From the NCBI RefSeq assembly GCF_963921235.1, contig NC_086108.1:43464001-43528000 (forward strand): a stretch of 64,000 nt of DNA, written 5' to 3'. This DNA is from Mobula hypostoma. Taxonomy: Eukaryota. Below the pieces are notes generated by a model that made no database searches, was not told the origin of the DNA, and worked only from the letters and a program-made list of their open reading frames with translations. Every line of letters starts with the position of its first letter. The stretch's first letter is position 1. Positions 24,463-37,382 of the stretch are shown here, in pieces. Made by a program: the position numbers and the translations under genes.

Positions 24463-24775
24463 GTGGGCACGTGGCCAAGTGGTTAAGACATTGGACTGGC
24501 TACCTGAAGGTCGGGAGTTCGAGCCCCTGCCAAGGGAACGTGTTGTGTCCTTGAGCAAGGCACTTAATCACACATTGCTCTGTGACGACACTGGTGCCAA
24601 GCTGTATGGGTCCTAATGCCCTTCCCTTGGACAGCATTGGTGTCCTGGAGAGGGGAGACTTGCAGCATGGGCAACTGCTGGTCTTCCATACAACCTTGCC
24701 CAGGCCTGCACCCTGGAGAGTGAAGACTTTCCAGGCACAGATCCATGGTCTCACAAGACTAACGGATGTCTGTAC
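24463..24775 (+). mobile_element. tRNA-headed SINE, second copy
   Basis: Collinear and highly similar to 4134-4442; A and B boxes intact. Confidence 0.9.
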
Positions 24776-25721
24776 TGGTACTTTTATTGTTTGAAAGTGG
24801 TGTGATTAAACTTGTACATCAAAATATATAGCTGTAATATTTTTGTGGGTAAAAACTTGCTTTCTCTTATCCATGAGACAGAGGAATTGCTGAAAAGAAA
24901 TTAGATGATCAGTTTTTGACCCTGCCTCTGCAGAGACCTCCAGTGGTCTGGTTCTCTCTCTTGCAATCTATTACATAAGTATAGCTACATATAAAAAAAA
25001 TACAAAAAAACTCAATCACATAAAAAAAAATTCCTTAAACTGCTGCTAAAAATTGTTCATGAATCCCATTTATTGAATCAATTCTGGGTAATGATCTGTA
25101 TTTCATCTTTTTCGAGGCTTGTTTATGGAAGGGTTAGATGTTTAGTTTAATGTTTTAAAGAAACTTCGGATTTATGCAAGCAAATAATGGTAATCTTCCA
25201 AGCCCTCAGGATCATTTTGCTTTTTTAAAGATTGGTTAAGATTTGGGTGTTTTTCTGTAGTCATCACTTTTTTTTAAACAACATATTGTAGCTTTAGTTA
25301 TTCCATTGATTCAAGTGCAATGTTTGTTCATCTTAGTATTTGTTGATCTGCAAAGCAAAAATGAATCATTCTTTTTGGGCAGCATGAAAGAAACTTGTAA
25401 AATTGGAGGGAAAAAACAAATTAAGATGTGGTTTTAAATTTCTAAATGTCTATTTTCCTCTCAATACAATGCAAGAATACATGAATAGCCATCTTTGCCT
25501 TCTTTTGAGAATATAGTAAGAGTTGTCATCATGTAGCAGTTAAAATGGTAAGATTTAACAGCTAAGAATATATTTGCCACTTGGTTATACTGGCTTTAAA
25601 GTTGAATACGTTTTATATAAACAGTCTTTGCACTTGAAAAATATAATTGGTAACTTTTCTGTGTGTATTTTTTTTTCATGTACATTATGTCGTGTTTCCC
25701 ATTTGTCTGTTTCCCATTCAG

Positions 25722-26040
25722 CTTCTCCATAAACTCCAGGCTAGGCAGTTCACTAGGAAATCTGTATGCTGCCCCTGATGAACCTGACAACATAATGACA
25801 TCAACTCCTAGGTCAAGTTTTACAGCTGGTTATTCCTCCAACCAGCCTTGTAACAACTCGCAGCTTCCTGCGAGATTTTACCAAGAACTGAACAACAACT
25901 ACTACAGCAAATGCAACAGTGGTACTACTTGCAGTATCCCCATCAATACTTGTTCCCGTCCGAAGGATGATTACAACTGTAGAAATACCTTTGGTGGCCT
26001 CAGTCCCGGCACCATGCGATACCTAAGTCGTTCACACCCT
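25722..26040 (+). CDS. CDC14A: CDC14A penultimate coding exon (FSINSRLGSSLGNLYAA...MRYLSRSHP)
   Basis: CAG acceptor ending at 25721, GTAAGT at 26041. 319 nt, phase 2/0. FSINSRL.SSLGNL and YLSRS.P match vertebrate CDC14A. Confidence 0.93.
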
Positions 26041-26220
26041 GTAAGTTTAAGTTTATGTCCTCTCGTGCTTTATAAGCTGTCATAAAGGGTGCTTATATTT
26101 TTTTTTAAATGGGATCTTATGTTGAGTGGCTAAAAATGTGCTCTGCTTTGAATTGTAGCTTCATTGATTAAAAATGAGTAAAAGGCTTGTAAGAAGTATG
26201 TTTATCAGGATTGTTTATCT

Positions 26221-27385
26221 TTCCTTTGACAAGGTTCCACACGGAAGGTTAGTTAGGAAGGTTCAATCATTAGGTATTAATATTGAAGTAGTGAAATGGA
26301 TTCAGCAGTGGCTGGATGGGAGACGCCAGAGAGTAGTGGTGGATAACTGTTTGTCAGATTGGAGGACGGTGTCTAGTGGTGTGCCTCAGGGATCTGTACT
26401 GGGTCCAATGTTGTTTGTCGTATATATTAATGATCTGGATGATGGTGTGGTAAATTGGATTAGTAAGTATGCAGATGATACTAAGATAGGTGGAATTGTG
26501 GATAATGAAATAGGTTTTCAAAGCTTGCAGAGAGATTTAGACCACTTAGAAGAGTGGGCTTGAAAGATGGCAGATGGAGTTTAATGCTAATAAATGTGAG
26601 GTGCTACATTTTGGTAGAACTATTCAAAATAGGACATACGTGGTAAATGGTAGGGCATTGAAGAATTCAGTAGAACAGAGGGATCTAGGAATAATAGTGC
26701 ATAGTTCCCTAAAGGTGGAATCTCATGTGGATAGGGTGGTGAAGAAAGCTTTTGGTATGCTGGCCTTTATAAATCAGAGCATTAAGTATAGGAGTTGGGA
26801 TGTAATATTGAAATTGTATAAAGCATTGGTAAGGCCAAATTTGGAGTATTGTGTACAGTTCTGGTTACTGAATTATAGGAAAGATGTCAATAAAATTGAG
26901 AGAGTACAGAGGAGATTTACTAGAATGTTGCCTGGGTTTCATCTCCTAAGTTACAGAGAAAGGTTGAACAAGTTAGGTCTTTATTCTTTGGAGCATAGAA
27001 GGTTGAGGGGGGACTTGATAGAGGTATTTAAAATTATGAGGCGAATAGATAAAGTTGACATGGATAGGCTTTTTCCATTGAGAGTGGGGGAGATTCAAAC
27101 AAGAGGACATGAGTTGAGAGTTAAAGGGCAAAAGTTTAGGGGTAACATGAGGGGGAACTTCTTTACTCAGAGAGTGGTAGCTGTGTGGAACGAGCTTCCA
27201 GCGGAAGTGGTTGAGGCAGGTTCGATGTTGTCATTTAAAGTTAAATTGGTTAGATATATGGACAGGAAAGGAATGGAGGGTTATGGGCTGAGTGCAGGTC
27301 GGTGGGACTTGGTGAGGTAAGAGTCGGCATGGACTAGAAGGGCCAAGATGGCCTGTTTCCATTCTGTAATTGTTATATGGTTATA
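26221..27385 (+). mobile_element. relatively young 5'-truncated CR1 LINE
   Basis: ORFs 26174-26563 and 26574-27320 (GVPQGSVLGP, YADD) are separated by one frameshift; TTATATGG tail. Confidence 0.92.
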
Positions 27386-29224
27386 GGATTCCCAGAGTTG
27401 TGGTAATAACCTGGTAACAACTGCAGAATTGGACTCCACTAGAATCCCACTGAAATCAAATGCATGGCTAAAACCTGATGTTAAGCCTCGTACAAATGTG
27501 AGGACCAGTGTCCTGAACTTTATTTAAAATTACCCCTGTATAACTATATTTTAGATGAACTGACAAAATTTACGAAAGTAAGTATAAAGAACAAATCATT
27601 TAAATTCTCCTGTTGTTTATTCTGCTCTATTATTGTACGGTCATTTTTTTTTCCAGGTCTTGTTTTTAATAAAAGGAAACTATAAAGCATTAAATTAAAT
27701 TATCTTAAGAATTTGTAGGTAATATTAGCTTCCTTAGTTGTTTGTGTGTATCTAGCTCCAGACCTGCAATAGATAATTGCCTTTTCAGACTGCTCAAGCA
27801 TGACAGTTGTAAGTGTACTAACCAGATGCAAATAACATTGCAGAGACCCACTCAATACAAGATTTTTTAAGAAGCTGCCATTAAATTGTCAATTTACCAT
27901 ATTTAGCTGTCTCCTGCAGATGAAGTTCTGATCAAAATAGGATGCTACTTGTATCCCAGAAAACTGTGGTTACCACTGCCACTTTGAAGGCAGTAACAAA
28001 ATCTTGGATTAACCATTTCAATCAGATGAAATATTTTGATAAACAAATCAGCCACTCAACCATCTCCCACATTATGAAAAATTACTCCCAAGATTAAATG
28101 TATTACTCCAAATTATGCTGTAAGCAGTAGTTAACTACTGGATGTTATTTGTGTTTATGTTTGCGTCACGTTTTTCCCTTCCTTTTCCCTTTTTATTCTG
28201 TTCAACTTCACAGTAAATGTATGTGCTCTGATCTCCTTAAGGTATAATGACAATTACTTGACACTTGAGTTTATTTTTTATCATCATTTTTCAGCAGATT
28301 TTTTTTGCTGCAAACAAAATTCTACTGAATAAATTATCATATGGCATCTGATAATTTGGTAAACTGTGTGAGGCACATTGCTGTGCATGTATCTAGGAGT
28401 TAAAAATTTGGTGATTGGAAATGCATAATGGTATCTCTCCACATTTAGATCCTTGATCAGTCCTGATCTGCCCTAAAGTTTTTGCGTGATGTAATTATGC
28501 ATCACCATGTATACGATTGTGAATACCTTGTATTATTCCAACTTTATTTGCATGCCTTTTTTTATGCTGGTTCAAAGCAAGTCACACACTCAAATCAGAA
28601 GCAGCGATAGCGCTTAATGTATAATCAAAATGTCAAAACATTTGATATTGATTATTAAAAAATCTGACATTGAACCACATCAGGTGATTGTTCTTGTCCA
28701 TGGTTTGATCAAAGATTGTTTTGGGGAATATTTCAAGAGAAAATTAGTAAAGTTTAGGGAATTCCAGTGCTTATGACTTTGACAGCTGGAAGCACAGTCT
28801 GCATTGTTTGATCTGGAAATATTGTCTAGAATGTTCTTAAGAAGTATAGAATGAGGCACAAATCTTGTGGTTACAGCTCTTTTATTAGATGTTCATCATG
28901 GTACAGGTGGTCAAGCAGTGTCAGCTTGTAACAGCAAGTAAGGCAAGTGTGGGGGGGGGGGTGGAAGTAACAAAGGAACATGTCCTTATGCTGTCCCTAT
29001 TGTACTGCAAACTGTTAGTTAGAATAGGAAATCTTCTGATAACAGCCTGTGAAAAGATATTGTCTGAGTTTCACTTCAGTTTCGCAAAGAAACTGTAGAA
29101 CTATAGAGTCAAATATATTAAACATACTAAAGGTTACAGGTGACTAGATGATTATACAAACATAAAATAAGATTTGGTAATATTACCATATCAGCATAAA
29201 GCTGAAACAAAAAAAAAGATTGGG

Positions 29225-29660
29225 GTAGGACCATCCAGGCCACACACTTTTCTCACTGCTGTCATCAGGAAGAAGATACAGGAGCCTCAGGATGCACAGC
29301 ACCAGGTTCAGGAACAGTTATTACCCCTCAACTATCAGGCTCTTGAACCAGAGGGGATAACTTAAGTTAACTTCATTCGTCCCATCATTGAACTATTCCC
29401 ACAACATATTGACTCACTTTCAAGAACTCTTCATCTCATGTTCTTGAAGTTATTTATTTATTTATTATTTTTTCTTTTGTATTTACACAGTTTGTTGTCT
29501 TTTTGTACATTGGTCATTTGTCCATCCTGTTGGTTGCAATATTTCATTGATTCTATTGTGTTTCTTGGATTTGCTTTGTATACCTGCAAGAAAATGAATT
29601 TCAGGGTTGTATATGGTACTATATGTACTCTGATAAAAAAAACTTATTTGGAAAAAGTAA
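29225..29660 (+). mobile_element. Rex1-clade LINE 3' end and UTR
   Basis: HPGHTLFSLLSSGRRYRS-like remnant followed by a UTR related to 59260-59480. Confidence 0.6.
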
Positions 29661-30814
29661 ATAAGAATGAAACTAAGGTACATAAATTTAAGTACTGGGG
29701 AAAGTCAGACAAGAGTGAGCTATATGGAAGGGACATGGTACTGTTCAAGAGAAATGTATTCCATATAAAATGAAACTAGGCTAAACTAAGAAACAATGGA
29801 TGAAAAAGGTGAAAAAGAATGATTGTAAGGAAAAACTCACACACAAAGTACAAAAGGGGTAAAGTTATAAATCAAATATGTGCTTAACACAGAAGAACCA
29901 TGAAAAAACAAAATGAATAATACCCTATAACAAATAACAAACAATTAAGATTACTAAAAAGGAATGAACAGGATGAAATCACAAATTAATACCAAAATAG
30001 TGACCTAATGCATCATCGCTGCAATTTTCATTAGAGAACCTGACCACTGAAATACCAATAATAACATTCCTGCTGAATTTTTGTGCTGAGGTAGAAAGAA
30101 AATCAAACTAGTTTGTTCTTGGCCATGGCTTGTCATTATTGGAAGTGCTTATTATGGGAAGTAGTTGCTTCTGGCTTGGCTTGGGTAACTTCCCTCTATG
30201 CACACTTCTTGAAAGAAGTGGGAACTACTATCTTAGGAGCTACTAAGCAATATCCAAGAAAGGAATAACTCTGGTTAGGCTACATCTGAAGTATTGTGTA
30301 CAGTCCTGGTCGCCCCACAATTGAAGGGATGTTGAGGCTTTGGAAAGGGTGCGGAAGAGTCTTACCAGGATGCTGCCTGGCTTAGAGGGCATAGATTCCC
30401 TATGCAAATAGGTATTATAGTCACATACCATGTGTCCACCTGTTACTCTTCATTTACTAATCAGAAATACAATTAAGATCAAAATTCCCAGTTTTCGCAC
30501 ATGGTAATCGCAAACTTACTGGATAATATAACTTCTCACATTGGATTTGTTACATTGTGAAGGAAGTTTTCACTAAGACAGAATTTGGTCTGGTCAGGTC
30601 AGGTCATGTCTAATTTATTTGTGCAAGTATATGAAATGTCTTTTTCATCGAACACCCCGCTTTCTGGTGTTATCTATCATTTGGATAGATACTAAGACTT
30701 CCTCTGACATTTGTTTTTATACTTGGTGTTGGAAGTTTTCTTATTACTAGAATGAATTTAGATGCTACCTTACCAATTTTAACGTTCCAGATTTACCTTT
30801 CTTGAAAGCTGGCC

Positions 30815-32305
30815 TGTTATGATGCAAGCTGGAAAATAAGACATGATTTGCCCCTCACAAAGCCATGCTGGCTCTCCCTAATTAGGCCATGGGTTTCCAA
30901 ATGCTCAGATAGCCTACCCCTAAGAATTTTCTCCAGCACTTTCCCTACAACTGACGTGAGACTCACTGGTCTATAGTTTCTGGAATTTTCCCTTGTTCCC
31001 TTCTTAAGATGCAACATTAGCTACTCACCAGTCCTCCGGGATCTCGTTTCTCACCTCCCTTAATAATCTGAGGTAAATCCCATGAGGTCTGGGGACTTAT
31101 CTACCTGAATACTTATTAGGAGACCCACCACTTCCTCCTCTGTGACCTCTAAACACTCTAATATTTTTATACACTTAGCACTGATCTCCTGGTCTTCCAT
31201 GACCTTTTCCTTGGTAAAACTGAAGTAAAATACTCATTAAAACTCACTTGCATTCTCAGCATCCAAGCAAATGTTCCCCTCTTTATCCTTGAGGGGCCCT
31301 ACCCTCTCCCTACTTATTTTCTTGCTCTTGATGTATGTAGAGAATTTCTTGGGATTCACCTTCATCCTACCTGCCAAGGACTTTTCCTGGCCACTGCTAG
31401 CTTTCCTACTTCACTTAGAGTTCTTTTCTGGCTTTTTAATCTTTGTGCTCCATTTGATCCTAACTTCTGAAACTTTACATACTTTTCCTTTCTCTTCTTG
31501 ACTAAATTCATCACCTCCCTGGATATCCAAGTTTCTCTTACCTTTCCATCCTTCTAACAGGAACATACCTTCCTGTACTCTGTGCAATTGACCTTTAAAC
31601 ACCATCCACGTCTGATGCGGACTTGCCAGAAAAAAGGCGCTCCCAATTAACTCTTCTTAGTTACTGCTTAATGCTCTCATAATTTGCCCTACTACAATTT
31701 AAGACTCTCCTGCAAGGACCATACCTATCCTTATTTAGAGCTATCCTGAAAGGTAAGGAGCCTTGGTCACTGGTCCTTAACTGCTCCCCCACTAAAAGGT
31801 CAGTCACCTTTCCAGGCTCATTACCCAACACCAGGTCAAGTACAGCCCCTCCTCTCATTGGATCATCTACATATTGATTTAATAAACCCTCCTGAATAAA
31901 TTTAACAAATTCTGCCCCATCTAAACTCCTTGCACTAAGAAGGTCCCAGTTTATATTAGGAAAGTTGAAATCCCTTATGTCAACAATCTATAATTTTTAC
32001 ACAATTCCTTAAACTGTTCACATATCTGTTCTTCAATGTCCTGGTGGCTATTGGGGTCTGCAGTAAAATCCCATCAGTTTGATGCATCCTTCCTATTCTT
32101 GAGTTCTACCCAAATGGTCTCGGTGTTTGAGCCCTCCACTTTTCTAAAACTTTGAAAATCTGGTACATCAATCATCCATTCTTGCCCTCTCTCTCAACCA
32201 AGTCTCAACACAACATCATAGTTCCATGTACTGATCTATGCTCTAACATCATCACCTTTACCCATAATACTCCTAGCATTTAAAATGCATCTACTTCAAA
32301 CTATC
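30815..32305 (-). mobile_element. CR1 ORF2 fragment (APE to RT start)
   Basis: NYRPVSLTSVVGK, SQHGFVRGKSC, AVLDLVLGNEP. Confidence 0.85.
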
Positions 32306-32321
32306 CTCCCATTATACCCAT

Positions 32322-33110
32322 CAAAGTTGCTGGTGAACGCAGCAGGCCAGGCAGCATCTCAACGAAGAGGTACAGTCGACGTTTCAGGCTGAGACCCTTC
32401 GTCAGGACTAACTGAAGGAAGAGTTAGTAAGAGATTTGAAAGTGGGAGGGGGAGGGGGAGATCCAAAATGATAGGAGAAAACAGGAGGGGGAGGGATGGA
32501 GCCAAGAGCTGGACAGGTGATTGGCAAAGGGGATATGAGAGGATCATGGGACAAGAGGCCCGGGGAGAAAGACAAGAGAGGGGAGAACCCAGAGAATGGG
32601 CATGGGGTATAGTCAGAGGGACATAAGGAGAAAAAGGAGAGAGAGAGAAAGAATGTGTGTATAAAAATAAATAATGGATGGGGTACAAGGGGGAGGTGGG
32701 GCATTAGCAGAAGTTAGAGAAGTCAATGTTCATGCCATCGGGTTGGAAGCTACCCAGACGGAATATAAGGTGTTGTTCCTCCAACCTGAGTGTGGCTTCA
32801 TCTTTACAGTAGAGGAGGCCGTGGATAGACATGTCAGAATGGGAATGGGATGTGGAATTAAAATGTGTGGCCACTGGGAGATCCTGCTTTCTCTGGCGGA
32901 CAGAGCGTAGGTGTTCAGCAAAATGATCTCCCAGTCTGCGTCAGGTCTCGCCAATATATAGAAGGCCACATCGGGAGCACCGGACGTGGTATATCACCCC
33001 AGCCGACTCACAGGTGAAGTGTCGCCTCACCTGGAAGGACTGTCTGGGGCCCTGAATGGTGGTAAGGGAGGAAGTGTAAGGCATGTGTAGCACTTATTTC
33101 GCTTACAAGG
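32322..33110 (-). mobile_element. Penelope-like element 3' part (GIY-YIG endonuclease end + pLTR)
   Basis: Related to 43700-44450 and 62025-62595; hammerhead motif at 32374-32409. Confidence 0.85.
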
Positions 33111-33560
33111 ACCCTTGTGACTTTCCATACCTACACCTTTTGATTTGGAAAATAAGTGGACTCAAGGCAAGAATGATTTTACACTATTTATGGAGGGTGG
33201 TTTTGGAAAGTGAGTCTGTTCAAGGACAAAGTCAATGCCCTTGGGCCATCCTGGTGTGGGATAGAGATGTACAGGGATTGTGCATCCACAGTGAAAGTCA
33301 TTTGTGACTAGGAACTGGAAACAATCGAAGTGGTGGAGAGCATCAGGTTTAAGTGAGAGAAGACTGAATAAAGAAAAGGGTAGGAAGGAACAAGTCCTGG
33401 CCCGAGGTGGGGGGGGGCGGTGTGGAATAACAAAGGATCTAGCAGGGTAATTTCCTCCGGAAAATTGGAGGAAATGTAATCAGACTGTGTCTGCGAGAGT
33501 GGCTGTGCAGGAAAGTTTCCAGAGGAAATGGTTGTTGACGCCCTGGGAAATGTGTATATA

Positions 33561-35112
33561 CAGTAAATTCGGGTGTATAAGCTGACTCTCCCCCCCCCCC
33601 CCCATTTTCAAGGTTAGAAAAGTGACTTTTTCATGTTACCTTTGTATAAACCGACCCCTTTTGTAGAGGTTTTGGATCAGGGAGGGAAGTTTTGGATTAG
33701 GTTCCCAATGGTAAAGGATCCTCTGAAATGTAACCCCCATGAAACCATTTAGCACCCATCGTAATCTCATTAAAACATAACACAGGGTGGCGGGATCAGT
33801 ACATGTACTCAGTATTGAGTTTGCGACCACCATGTACAAAAGATTAAAACAAATGCCATAAGATGCTGGCTTCAAGCTGAAGGTTGTTGATTTTGTTAAA
33901 GGAACAAATAATTCTGCAGCTGCTAAGAAGTTTAGTGTAAACAAGAAACAAGTGAGAGAGTGGAGAAAGGCAGAGGACACGCTGAGGGAAATGCCAAAGA
34001 TGAAATGTGCAAACCGCGGGAAAACATGCCAGTGGCCAGAACTGGAAGAAAAAGTTTTAGAGTGGGTGAATCACCACCGATCATCTGGATATATTGTTAC
34101 CAGAGAAATGATTCAAGTTGAAGCATTGAAATGGGCCGAAAAACACTGTGAGGTCTGCGAAAATTTCAAAGCTACGGGAAGTTGGTGCACCCGATTTATG
34201 AATAGACGTGATCTTGTGTTGAGACAAAAAACAAAGATTGCTCAGAAGTTGCCGAGCGACCTTGAGAATAAGATTACTGCCTTCCAATCGTTTGTAATCA
34301 AGCATTGAAAGACACATTCTTACCCGCTCTCACTGATTGGTAACATGGGCAAGACACCAATGTTCTTTGATTTTGCTGGCAACTGCACTGTCAATCAGAA
34401 AGGGGAGAAAACAGTCCTTGTCAAAACGACTGGACGTGAGAAGCAACATTTTACTGTCGTGTTAATGTGTATGGCTGATGGGACCAAACTACCACCAATG
34501 GTGATTTTTAAGAGGAAAACATTCCCAAATAAAGAAAAATTCCTATGGGGTATTGTTTACGTTCAAGAACGTGGCTGGATGGATGAAGCGGCTTGCTCTA
34601 AGTGGGTTAAAGAGGTGTGGCGTCATGTCCCGAAGGTTTCAGGAAGGAAAAGTCTGGGACATATTCAAAGCGCACTTGTCAGGTGAGATAAAAGCAGCGT
34701 TGAAAGCTGAAAATACGGACATTGCCGTCATCCCTGGTGGTTTGACGTCCGTGCTCCAGCCACTAGATGTGAGTTTAAACAAACCATTCAAAGAATTCAT
34801 GCGCCGAAGAATGGGACGCAATTTTTGGAGAGTCAGATAATGAAGAGTGTGAGAGTTTCAAGCTCTGAACGTTTGACCACAACTGTGTGTACAAGTAAAT
34901 TGAGAAACAATGTGTTTTGTAGATTTTTTTCTTTTGTGTAGATTTCTTAAGCATTTGTATTTTCTTTCGTATCTGACTCAAACAGCCAATAAATATGACC
35001 TGTCTTCCGTGTATTTGTTTTTCCAAGGTTGGCACCCTCTGTATAAGCCGACCCCTAATTTTAGGACCAAAATTTAGGGGCAAATTCTCGGCTTATACAC
35101 CGGAATTTACAG
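33561..35112 (+). mobile_element. pogo-family DNA transposon (Brinker-type DBD + CENP-B HTH + DDE_1; POGK/Passer-like), disrupted
   Basis: 25-bp imperfect TIRs (CAGTAAATTCGGGTGTATAAGCTGA) flanked by TA. Peptides AGFKLKVV, WPELEE, GSWCTRFMNR, DGTKLPPMVIFK, IPGGLTSVLQPLDVSLNKPFK. Stops and frameshifts present. Confidence 0.92.
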
Positions 35113-35834
35113 TAAATCTGATATTTCAGAATGGGGCCATGGGCCAGATGGAGGTGGGCAGCTTGTCTCAGAAAATTCAGTTTCCAACAATCAGTATCAC
35201 TTGGTCTCCACCCTATTACAGACATTCCTTTTCTCCTGCTGAAACGATATTGGCCTGAAACATAACTCTCCCGAAGAAGGGTCTCAGCCCAAAATATTGA
35301 CTGTTTATTCATTTCCCTCGATGCTGCCCGACCTGCTGCATTCCTCCAGCATTTTGTATGTATTGCTTTGGACTTCCAGAATATGCAGACTTTCTCATGT
35401 TTAAAATGAACTGTTATTCTGTCTACAATGCATTTCCAGCATTTTTCAATTGGATTTCAAAGTTCCTGTATCTGAAGTATTTTACTTTCCAGTCTATATT
35501 GTGCTCTTTGCAGAGAATGAAGCAGAAAACATTTTTTTTTAAATTTAGTGTGCTGTTACTTGCAAGAAAGTAATAAGCTATTGCAAACCAGTTAAGACAG
35601 AGAGGAAAGATTCACTGGAGGATTTGAATTATAAGGAGAGACTGGATTGGCTGGAGCTTTATCCTTGGAGGCTGAGGGATGACCTTGTGGTAAATAAAAT
35701 CATGAAGAACATGAGTTGAACGTTTATAATTATCTTCCTAGAGTAAGGGTATCTAAAAAGAGAGCATAGATTTAAGGTGAGATGATGTAAGAGACTTGAA
35801 GAACATGTTATTCACACAGGGTAGTGGATATGTG

Positions 35835-37382
35835 TGTAACGCTCAGTTATATTGGCTCGTACATGTCTAGGGGAAATCCCACCCAGCACCTGCCTCAATG
35901 CTTCCCACAGAGTCGGTTGCCACCCGAATCAATCCCAAACATCAATCATCAGCCAGCACACCCAGTACATTTTACCAAGTACACTTTATAGATATTACTA
36001 AATCTATGACATTAATATAAATTCAATACAGACAAGGAAATAATGAAAAAAAGGCGCCAAGACTTATCAAAGTCCAAGTCCTTTGTGTGCAACCGTTGGA
36101 GCTCAATCAATTCCTGATGACCACCCGGATCCTGTCGACTCACGGCTCGGGACCACCCGGAGTGATCTACTGGAGCCTTTCTGCACGTCCACTGTCCTCC
36201 CTGTCTCTCCTCCGACTCCCCCCAAAATCCCCCGCACGTCCACCGTCCTCTCCGACTCCCCGCCAAAAACCCCCGCATGTCCGCCATCCTCCCCGTCTCT
36301 CCTCTGACTCCCTGCCAAAAACCCCCGCACGTCCGCTGTCCTCTCCGACTCTCCTCCGACTCCCCGCCAAAAACCCCCGCACGTCCGCTGTCCTCCCCGT
36401 CTCTCCTCTGACTCCCCGCCAAAAACCCCCGCACATCCACCGTCCTCCTCATCTCTCCTCCGACTCCTCGTCTCTCCTCCAACTCCCCCCCAAAATCCCC
36501 CGCACGTCCACCGTCCTCCCCCTCTCTCCTCCGACTCCCCCCAAAAACCCCGTCCACCGTCCTCCACGTCTCTCCTCCGACTCTCCGTCAAAACCCTGTC
36601 CACCGTCCTCCCCATCTCTCCTCTGACTCCCCCCAAAAATCCCTGCACATCCACCGTCCTCTCCGACTCTCCTCCGACTCCCCGCCAAAAACCCCTGCAC
36701 GTCCGCCGTCCTCTCCGACTCTCCTCCGACTCCCTGCCAAAAACCCCCACATGTCCGCTGTCCTCCCCGTCTCTCCTCCGACTCCCCGCCAAAAACCCCC
36801 GCATGTCCACCGTCCTCCCCGTCTCTCCTCCGACTCCCCGTCAAAACCCCGTCCACCGTCCTCCCCGGCTCTCCTCCGACTCCCCGTCAAAACCCCGTCC
36901 ACCGTCCTCCTCGTCTCTCCTCCGACTCTCCGTCAAAACCCCGTCCACCGTCCTCCCCGTCTCTCCTCTGACTCCCCCCAAAAACCCCTGCACATCCACC
37001 GTCCTCTCCGACTCTCCTCCGACTCCCCGCCAAAAACCCCTGCACGTCCGCCGTCCTCTCCGACTCTCCTCCGACTCCACCATCCTCCTCGTCTCTCCTC
37101 TGACTCCCCCAAAACCCCCGCACGTCCGCCGTCCTCCCCGTCTCTCCTCCGGCTCCCCGCCAAAAACCCCGTCCCCAGTCATATGAGACAGCATTATCAT
37201 CCAAAAAAAAAATGACACATGACCACACATTGGTTAATAGCACCCTGCTATCTGTATTAACCCAAGCAACTGTCTAGCTAGAGACTTTCTCAGCATTTAG
37301 CATAACAAAGAAGCATTCCCCAGTATAACATAACAAAGAAGCCATTTTAAATTTAACATACAAAAAAGAAAGACCCCGTACA
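35835..37382. mobile_element. solo LTR (TGTA...TACA) inserted in an old CR1 fragment
   Basis: TGTAACG...CGTACA termini; 4-bp TSD TGTG at 35831-35834 and 37383-37386. The CR1 sequence rejoins across the insertion. Confidence 0.75.
36182..37175. repeat. GC-rich minisatellite, unit about 52 bp with variants
   Basis: Tandem CCCCGCCAAAAACCCCCGCACGTCCACCGTCCTCCCCGTCTCTCCTCCGACT with internal indel variants. Confidence 0.95.

Noticed and set aside
36182..37175. CRISPR-like array
   Set aside because: Tandem units without unique spacers, no cas genes, and a eukaryotic context.
36012..37243. Many overlapping 75-235 aa ORFs
   Set aside because: By-products of a stop-poor GC-rich minisatellite; repetitive low-complexity translations in several frames.
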